A DNA stretch of 21,091 nucleotides from Candidatus Eiseniibacteriota bacterium. GTDB lineage: Bacteria > Eisenbacteria > RBG-16-71-46. Where the stretch lies: positions 1 to 21,091 of the forward strand of contig JANLOX010000143.1 in NCBI GenBank assembly GCA_031366795.1. Direction: 5' to 3'. Positions 15,163 through 21,091 of this stretch are shown here, piece by piece (within the stretch, counting starts at the first letter, position 1; each line of letters begins with the position of its first letter). The position numbers and the translations under genes were made by a program. The notes under the pieces are model-generated. The model was not told the DNA's origin, searched no databases, and saw only the letters and a program-made list of their open reading frames with translations.

Positions 15163-17405
15163 CCCAGCCCCAACAATCGGCCGCCCTGGAACACGGCGAA
15201 CGAAGCGAGCCACGCCAGCACGTTCATCATCACCAGCATGAAGATGGGCCAGCGCCAGCCGTTGGTCTCCCGCCGCGCGACGGCGACGGTGGACATGCAC
15301 TGGCACGCCAGCACGAAGAACACCATCAGGCTGATGCCGATCAGCGGTGAGTACGCATGCAGACCGGTGTGCGGATCGATGGCGTTGCGCAGGGCATCAC
15401 CGAGCGACATCTGGGTGCCATCGGCTTGGCCGAGGTTGAACACGGTGGCCATGGTCGAGACCATGACTTCGCGCGCGGCGAACGAAGTGATGAGCCCGAT
15501 ACCGATGCGCCAGTCGAAGCCGAGCGGTCGGATCACGGGTTCGATCGCGCGCCCGACGTGGCCGGCGAAACTGTTGCGCAAGACCGAGCCCGCGAGGTCG
15601 CCTTTGAGCAGCTTCACCTGCGCGACGTCGCCCGCCTGCTGCGCCGTGGTGATCTGCGTGCGCAGCGCATCAGCTTCGGCGCCGCCGCGCGGGTAGGACG
15701 CGAGGAACCAAAGGATGACGGAGACCGCGAGGATGACGGTGCCCGCCTTGCGCACGAACAACAGTGAGCGGTCGCGCACCGAGATGACGACCGAGCGCCA
15801 CGACGGCATGCGGTAGGGCGGCAGTTCCATCACGTAGAGCGGGTTGCCGCCCTTCAAGACGGTGCGCTTGAGCAGCCACGCGACGACGATCGCGGCGATG
15901 ATGCCGAGGAAGTACATCGAGAACAGCGTGATCCCGGGCAGCGTGGCGAAGCCGATCCAGCGGTTCGGGATGAACGCGCCGATCAGCAGCGCATAGACCG
16001 GCAGGCGCGCGCTGCACGACATGAACGGCGCGATCACGATGGTCGTCAGGCGATCGCGACGGTTGTCGATGGTGCGGGTGGCCATGATGCCGGGGATGGC
16101 GCAGGCGAACGACGACAGCAACGGGATGAAGGCGCGGCCCGATAGACCCACCTTGCCCATCATGCGGTCCATGATGAACGCGGCGCGCGCCATGTAGCCG
16201 CTGTCCTCGAGGATCGAGATGAAGAAGAACAGGATGGCGATTTGCGGGATGAACGTCAGCGTGGTGCCGACGCCGGCGATGATGCCGTCGACGATCAGCG
16301 AACGCAGGGGACCCGCGGGGAGCAACGCGTGCACGCTCGAACCGAGGCGGCCGACAAGGAAATCGATGAGGCCCATGATCGGAGCCGCCCATGAAAACAC
16401 CGATTGAAAAATCGCGCCCATGATCATCACGAAAACGATCGGCCCCCAGATACGGTGCGTCAGCACGCGATCGATGCGCTCGCGCGTGGGATCCAGCTTG
16501 CGCCCGGGCGCCACCACGACTTCGGCGAGCAGTTCGCCGATCGCCTCGTAGCGCTCCTCGACTTCGTTGCCGCGCCAGCCGGGATCGGCGAGGTCGAGCC
16601 GCTTGCGCAACACGCGCAGGTCGTCCTGTACATCGGGCGGCACGGCGCGCGCGAGCGCGTCGTCCTCCCCATCGTCGAGCAGCAGCGCCATCGCCAGGTC
16701 CTGGCGGCCGCGATCGGGCAGCAGCGGGTGGCGCGGTAGGCGCTCCTCGAGATTGCGGATCACGCGCATCACGTGCGCGGGCCAGCGGCGGAAGTGGACG
16801 AGCGAGGGTTCGACATCGCGATCCATCAAACGGCGCAGGTTGCCGAGACCCGTCCCGCGCGCGGCAGAGATACCAACCACGGGAACGCCGAGTTGCCGCT
16901 CGAGCGCCCCTTCGTCGATCTGCACACCGCGCGCGGCGGCGGCGTCCATCATGTTGAGCGCGAGGATCACAGGGCGGCCGATCTCGATGACCTGCAGCGC
17001 GAGATAGAGATGGCGGTCCAAGTGCGTCGCGTCCACCACCAATACGATCAGGTCAGGCGGCGGCGTGTCGGCCTTCAAACCGAGCAGAACGTCGCGCACG
17101 ATGACTTCGTCGGGCGAGCCCGGATGCAGACTGTAGCTGCCCGGCAGGTCGAGCAATTCGACGCGGCGGCCCGAGGGCAGGTCGCAGGCGCCGACCTTCT
17201 TCTCAACGGTCACGCCGGGATAGTTGCCGACCTTTTGGCGCAGTCCCGTGAGCGCGTTGAACAGCGTGCTCTTGCCCGCGTTGGGATTACCGAGCACGGC
17301 GATGGTACGCCGCGCGGCCGCGGGCTTCGCGGGTTTCGCGGTGATTCCGTTGATGGGCAGCACTTCGAGCGGAGTGCTCCCTGGAACCTCAGTCGGTCGT
17401 GACAT
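15159..17405 (-). CDS. feoB: Ferrous iron transporter FeoB
   Basis: GTPase motifs GNPNAGKS, NYPGVTVE, DLPGSYSL and NMMD; membrane motifs LEDSGYMARAAF, PFMSCSARLPVY, MELPPYR and FAAREV. Start is ATG 17405. Confidence 0.97.
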   Translation of the reverse strand: MSRPTEVPGSTPLEVLPINGITAKPAKPAAARRTIAVLGNPNAGKSTLFNALTGLRQKVGNYPGVTVEKKVGACDLPSGRRVELLDLPGSYSLHPGSPDEVIVRDVLLGLKADTPPPDLIVLVVDATHLDRHLYLALQVIEIGRPVILALNMMDAAAARGVQIDEGALERQLGVPVVGISAARGTGLGNLRRLMDRDVEPSLVHFRRWPAHVMRVIRNLEERLPRHPLLPDRGRQDLAMALLLDDGEDDALARAVPPDVQDDLRVLRKRLDLADPGWRGNEVEERYEAIGELLAEVVVAPGRKLDPTRERIDRVLTHRIWGPIVFVMIMGAIFQSVFSWAAPIMGLIDFLVGRLGSSVHALLPAGPLRSLIVDGIIAGVGTTLTFIPQIAILFFFISILEDSGYMARAAFIMDRMMGKVGLSGRAFIPLLSSFACAIPGIMATRTIDNRRDRLTTIVIAPFMSCSARLPVYALLIGAFIPNRWIGFATLPGITLFSMYFLGIIAAIVVAWLLKRTVLKGGNPLYVMELPPYRMPSWRSVVISVRDRSLLFVRKAGTVILAVSVILWFLASYPRGGAEADALRTQITTAQQAGDVAQVKLLKGDLAGSVLRNSFAGHVGRAIEPVIRPLGFDWRIGIGLITSFAAREVMVSTMATVFNLGQADGTQMSLGDALRNAIDPHTGLHAYSPLIGISLMVFFVLACQCMSTVAVARRETNGWRWPIFMLVMMNVLAWLASFAVFQGGRLLGLG

Positions 17406-17646
17406 GAATGTGCGCTGCCTCGGAGCGGCGGATCGACAGGTGAACCTGTCGCAGGCGCAACTCGATAGGGTCTCCCAACGGAGCGCGGCGCACGACTTCA
17501 ACGTGCGTCCCGGGCACGAGCCCGAGTTCCATCAAGCGGCGCGCCACGGTGGGCTCGCCTTCGACGCGCAGCACCACGCACGACTCGCCCGGCGAGAGCT
17601 CATCGAGTGCGCACATGCGCGACACTCCGCGCCCCTCGAGACTCAT
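17389..17646 (-). CDS. feoA: Ferrous iron transport protein FeoA
   Basis: RRLMELGLVPGTHVEVVRRAPLGDPIELRLRQVHLSIRRSEA. ATG 17646 is coupled to the regulator stop (ATGA). Confidence 0.95.
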   Translation of the reverse strand: MSLEGRGVSRMCALDELSPGESCVVLRVEGEPTVARRLMELGLVPGTHVEVVRRAPLGDPIELRLRQVHLSIRRSEAAHIHVTTD

Positions 17647-18224
17647 GCTTCGCTGTCCTGTTCGAGCGCGATCTGCTGCAATGCGCCACCGGCACGCGCG
17701 GGCGGCAGCAAGCTGTCGCGCAGGCAAGAAGGTCCGCACACATCGCAGGTGCCCGGCGAGTGATGCGCGCAGGCGCCGGGACTCGCCTTGAAGGCTTCGC
17801 GGAACGCGACCGCGGTCGGGTGCGGCGACTGCATGAATGAGGTGAGCCGCAGCATCTCGAGCATCACCTGCGGGCTGACGAGGTGTTCGATCATGCAGGC
17901 ATCTTCAGCGGCCACGGCTTCCGGCACGGAGAGGATGTCCGAGAGGAACACCGTGAGCACGCGGCGATTGGACTCGGTCCGCTCTGCAAGCATGCGGCCG
18001 GTGGCCGTGAGCTCTACGCAGCCGTAGCGTTCGTGGTCGACGTAACCGCGAGTGTGGAGCGAGCGCAGCATTGAAGTGACGCCGCTTTTCGAGACGCCCA
18101 GACGGTCCGCGACATCACCGACCCGCACGAAGCCCTTCTCGTCCTTCAGCGAGGCGACGGCCTGAAGGTAATGCGCCATCGAATGGGATACTTCTTTTTC
18201 CCCGAAGCGCTTCCACGTTTCCAC
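17643..18224 (-). CDS. DtxR/MntR-family metal-dependent repressor with Cys-rich C-terminal tail
   Basis: wHTH HYLQAV..VGDVADRLGVSKSGVTSMLRSL..YGCVELT, and metal-site motif EDACMIEH. GTG 18224 follows SD AGGAG. Confidence 0.92.
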   Translation of the reverse strand: METWKRFGEKEVSHSMAHYLQAVASLKDEKGFVRVGDVADRLGVSKSGVTSMLRSLHTRGYVDHERYGCVELTATGRMLAERTESNRRVLTVFLSDILSVPEAVAAEDACMIEHLVSPQVMLEMLRLTSFMQSPHPTAVAFREAFKASPGACAHHSPGTCDVCGPSCLRDSLLPPARAGGALQQIALEQDSEA

Positions 18225-18242
18225 GGATCGAACTCCTGTACG

Positions 18243-18300
18243 GTTGAGAGGTACGTCAACTCTGTTCAGGCAGCTTAACTTGTCGCCAAAACCGGGGCAA
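18243..18300 (-). promoter_or_regulatory. Sigma-70 promoter with overlapping putative DtxR-family operator(s)
   Basis: Minus strand TTGCCC (18300-18295), 17 nt, TAAGCT (18277-18272). The imperfect palindrome AGTTAAGCTGCCTGAACA (18280-18263) covers the -10, and a second inverted repeat GTTGA-N8-TCAAC lies at 18243-18260. Confidence 0.7.
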
Positions 18301-18355
18301 GTGACGGCGGACGAACGCGATCCGGGGGCGCTCGGGGCGGGCTCGCAACACCCTC

Positions 18356-20734
18356 TCAACTACCCAGGCTGACGCGTAGCTGGCGGGTCTGGTCGGCGTC
18401 GCTACCCGTAGGCTGCGTCGCGAGATAGCGGTCCAGGTCGGACTTGGCATTGCTCAGGTCCCGGAAGCCCGGATCATAGACCCTCAGGTACCCAACGGAT
18501 CGCAGGCAGGCGGGATCGGGCGTGGGCTCGAGGCGCTCGAACTGCTCGGCGAAGGTGACCAATCGCGCTCGGCCATCCGCTCCCCCGCCGGTGGCCAGCG
18601 CCGCGGCCGAGGGCTGGCAAAGCAGCAACATCGCCCGCGTCGCGAACTCGGCCAGAACGTGACGCTCCGCCATCTCGAAGCTGGCGCGCGGCCACGGTCG
18701 GAAGTAGTCCGCAAGGTCGACGGCCTGCGCGATTTCCAACTCGCGCGCGATGCGCTGGTCGATCGCGAGCGTTGCGTCGAGCGCGTAGGCGCGCAGCCCC
18801 AAGCCCTCGGGGACCAGGCCATAGCCGAGAGTCCAGCTGTCTTCTTTGAAGCCGAGGAACATCACGGGGCGGCGCGGCACAATCCAATCGAGCCACAACA
18901 AATTACGCGTGCCGGGGAGCCCCGAGTACCGATCGTCGTCGCGCGGCGTGAGCCAGCCCTCGTGGAAGCCGGCGCGGGTTTGTTGGAAAGCGGTGGCGCT
19001 CGAGGGCATTGGGATGTACGACAACACATCAGCCGAATCCGCCAACGCATTGCTGTGCTCATCGAGTAGTGCGACCTTCCCTCCCGCACGCCGCGCGACC
19101 CAGCCATCGAACACGCGGCCATTGCGCAGCGTGACGCGCTCGGCGCCTCCGAGCGGCGGTAGCAGACCGGGATAACGCGCGCGGACCTGGCGCACGTACC
19201 AGTCGTAGGTCAGCAACTCCTGGTCGATGACCGCGACATCGGGACGCATATGCTCGACGCGCGTCAGGTACTCGAGCGCGTTATGGTAGAGGTCGCCGCG
19301 CACGAACACGACCCCGTTAGGTGGGACACTCGCGAGGATCCCGCGGCCCATGTTTTCTGCGAAGTGATTGTTGCGGGGACCCAGGGCGCGGGCAGTCATG
19401 ACCAGCGGCTGCGACGTGATCGCGGCGATGATGAGCAGCGCGGCGAGCCGCGGGCGTGGAATCTTCCCAGCGAGTGCCGCGCACCCCACTCCCGCGAGCA
19501 GGGCGACGCACACGTTGGGTAGCACGTAGAAGCGCTCGATCACGCTGCGCATGATCGGCAGCGCCGCGGGCAGCCCGGCCCGCATGAAGAACACCGCTTG
19601 CAGCAGCGTGAAGCCGCCGAGAGCGGCAGCCAGCGCGCGGTGACGCTGGATCACCACGATTGCGCCGATCGCTGCGAGCGCTGCGCCGCACCAGCCCACG
19701 GCCGCCGGCAACGATGCGAGATACAGCAGCCCGTGCGAGTCGCCGGATGACGCACCCACGCTGTGCGGCGCCAACTGGAACGTGCCGTAGTCCGCGCGCA
19801 GCAATTGGCGCAGGAGGCCGCGCAGGGTGCTGCCATCACCCCACACGAGGGCGGCCTTCGAGTGTGCGACCAGCGCGAGTTGCTTGAGCGGAAGCAGGCC
19901 GATGATGGCCGCGAGTGCAACGATGTTCCGCTCCACGCCACGCGGGCGCAACGCGGGGATCGCGAAACACACCGAGAGGATCGGCAGCATGAGCAGGACC
20001 AGCGTGTGATGCAGCGAAAGCAGCAGCGTGGCGAGCAGGCCGAGGACGGCCCACGGGGCACGGGAGCGCGGATTGGGCACGGGCACGTCAATGGGCGACG
20101 CGGGCTGCGATTCAGAGGTCGCGGCGCTCGCCGTGGACAGCGCGGCGGCCGATCGTCGCGGCGTGGCACCTGCGCGGCGCGCCCCACGCGTTCGCATTTC
20201 AGCGATCGAGAGCAGCGTCACGAATGCGAGCAGCGCCGCGGCGGCGAGAGCAGCATTCGGCGCGAACACTTCGGCGACGATCGCGTTCTTCCACAATGGC
20301 GCCGAGGCGGCGAGCATCCAGCCCCCCGCGAGACCTGCCAGCGCCGATCGCGTGAGCCGCCGCACCGCAAGCGCCGTGAGCCCCGCCGCGAGCGCCGCGA
20401 ACACCGCCGACATCACATTGAGCTGGAACGCCACGTTGCCCCACGCGAACAGTTCGATCCACGCGCGGCCCAGCCAGACGTACAGCGGATACCCCGGTGG
20501 GTGCGCCACGCCAAACGTTGCGGCGGCGGTGATCACCTCACCGCTATCCCCAGTGGGCAACGACGGCGCGACGGTCGCCAGGTAAAGCGCGAGCGCAGGG
20601 ATCGCGGCGGCGAGGAACGTGGGCCACGCGGAGTTCGCGAGGGCGCGTGTGGCGGTCGCGGCAGCGGGCGCGGGTCGAGTGCGCGCGGGCGAGTGCTGCG
20701 CGTTGGCGGCATCAGGAGTGTGCGCGGGCGACAC
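18356..20734 (-). CDS. DUF2723 / TMEM260-like GT-C membrane glycosyltransferase
   Basis: Signature GDSGEVITAAATFGVAHPPGYPLY, also AIVAEVF and SLHH, many TM helices, GDLYHNALEYL..RPDV and a TPR-like C-terminus. Confidence 0.9.
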   Translation of the reverse strand: MSPAHTPDAANAQHSPARTRPAPAAATATRALANSAWPTFLAAAIPALALYLATVAPSLPTGDSGEVITAAATFGVAHPPGYPLYVWLGRAWIELFAWGNVAFQLNVMSAVFAALAAGLTALAVRRLTRSALAGLAGGWMLAASAPLWKNAIVAEVFAPNAALAAAALLAFVTLLSIAEMRTRGARRAGATPRRSAAALSTASAATSESQPASPIDVPVPNPRSRAPWAVLGLLATLLLSLHHTLVLLMLPILSVCFAIPALRPRGVERNIVALAAIIGLLPLKQLALVAHSKAALVWGDGSTLRGLLRQLLRADYGTFQLAPHSVGASSGDSHGLLYLASLPAAVGWCGAALAAIGAIVVIQRHRALAAALGGFTLLQAVFFMRAGLPAALPIMRSVIERFYVLPNVCVALLAGVGCAALAGKIPRPRLAALLIIAAITSQPLVMTARALGPRNNHFAENMGRGILASVPPNGVVFVRGDLYHNALEYLTRVEHMRPDVAVIDQELLTYDWYVRQVRARYPGLLPPLGGAERVTLRNGRVFDGWVARRAGGKVALLDEHSNALADSADVLSYIPMPSSATAFQQTRAGFHEGWLTPRDDDRYSGLPGTRNLLWLDWIVPRRPVMFLGFKEDSWTLGYGLVPEGLGLRAYALDATLAIDQRIARELEIAQAVDLADYFRPWPRASFEMAERHVLAEFATRAMLLLCQPSAAALATGGGADGRARLVTFAEQFERLEPTPDPACLRSVGYLRVYDPGFRDLSNAKSDLDRYLATQPTGSDADQTRQLRVSLGS

Positions 20735-21091
20735 TGGTAGACCTTACCTGACACCGCAAACAGCGCGGCTGGCAGTAAGGCCCCCGCTCAAACCGTGCGT
20801 GCCGATTTCCAGCACACGGCTTACCGATGGTCTTCGCGGCGGAGCGTGCACGGTCCCATACCACTCGAGCGGCCGCTCGTCGACGCGGGCGTCACTCCGC
20901 GTCGTGTAGTTCGAGCGTCCTCGCGGAGTCGGGTGTCGTTTGGCTCCTGCCCATAGCTCGCGTCCAGGTTCTCGTGCTTTGTCCACATGCTCGCGCACAT
21001 GGGGGTGATTGGGAACGGTCTTGCCGTCCATGCCCTCGCACTTACCCTTTCTCCGAGCGTGACCAAAGCAGGGGCCCTTCCCTCCGGTCGT
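20733..21091 (-). mobile_element. Group II intron, 3' part (end of DIII, shortened DIV, DV, DVI); 5' end outside window
   Basis: DV AAGCCGTGTGCTGGAAATCGGCACGCACGGTTT (20822-20790) has the AGC triad, a GAAA-containing loop and the AC bulge. DVI GG-GGGCCTTAC...GTAAGGTCT-A-CC has a bulged A at 20738. A DIII-like GGAGGGAAGGGCCCCTGC lies at the window edge. The 3' boundary is uncertain by a few nt. Confidence 0.9.
20744..21031 (-). pseudogene. Internally deleted remnant of an intron-encoded RT/maturase
   Basis: 95 aa ORF starting in DIV. PNHP..DKARE..RELWAGAKRHP resembles IEP N-termini, and the tail RRPSVSRVLEIGTHGLSGG is the translation of DV. There is no YADD and no RT1-7 blocks. Confidence 0.7.

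Noticed and set aside
20740..21091. RNase P RNA or other housekeeping ncRNA
   Set aside because: The RNase P signature sequences are absent, and the structure fits group II intron DV/DVI.

Overview
High-GC bacterial chromosomal window. Two secreted proteins with FlgD-Ig-like C-terminal domains suggest an FCB-group lineage such as Ca. Eisenbacteria (inference only). Left to right it contains: the end of a sensor kinase and a sigma-54 response regulator; a convergent His-rich repeat protein behind a candidate sigma-54 promoter; a 4 x 23-bp palindromic tandem array overlapping the likely argJ promoter; argJ and an FMN alpha-hydroxy-acid oxidase; two secreted CTD-bearing proteins, one with 14 FG-GAP repeats and lower GC; an atypical thiolase coupled to a 3-hydroxyacyl-CoA dehydrogenase/enoyl-CoA hydratase fusion; a TonB-dependent receptor split by one in-frame TAG; a DtxR-family regulator-feoA-feoB-small Cys-rich protein operon; a DUF2723/TMEM260-like glycosyltransferase; and the 3' part of a group II intron. 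The three most notable observations are: (1) the intron has lost nearly all of its RT ORF, and its 3' end overlaps the only usable start codon of the glycosyltransferase; (2) two copies of the putative DtxR operator sit in a nested inverted repeat between convergent genes, suggesting a metal-regulated sRNA or antisense RNA; (3) the amber-interrupted receptor. All calls come from motif recognition by eye, with no database searches.
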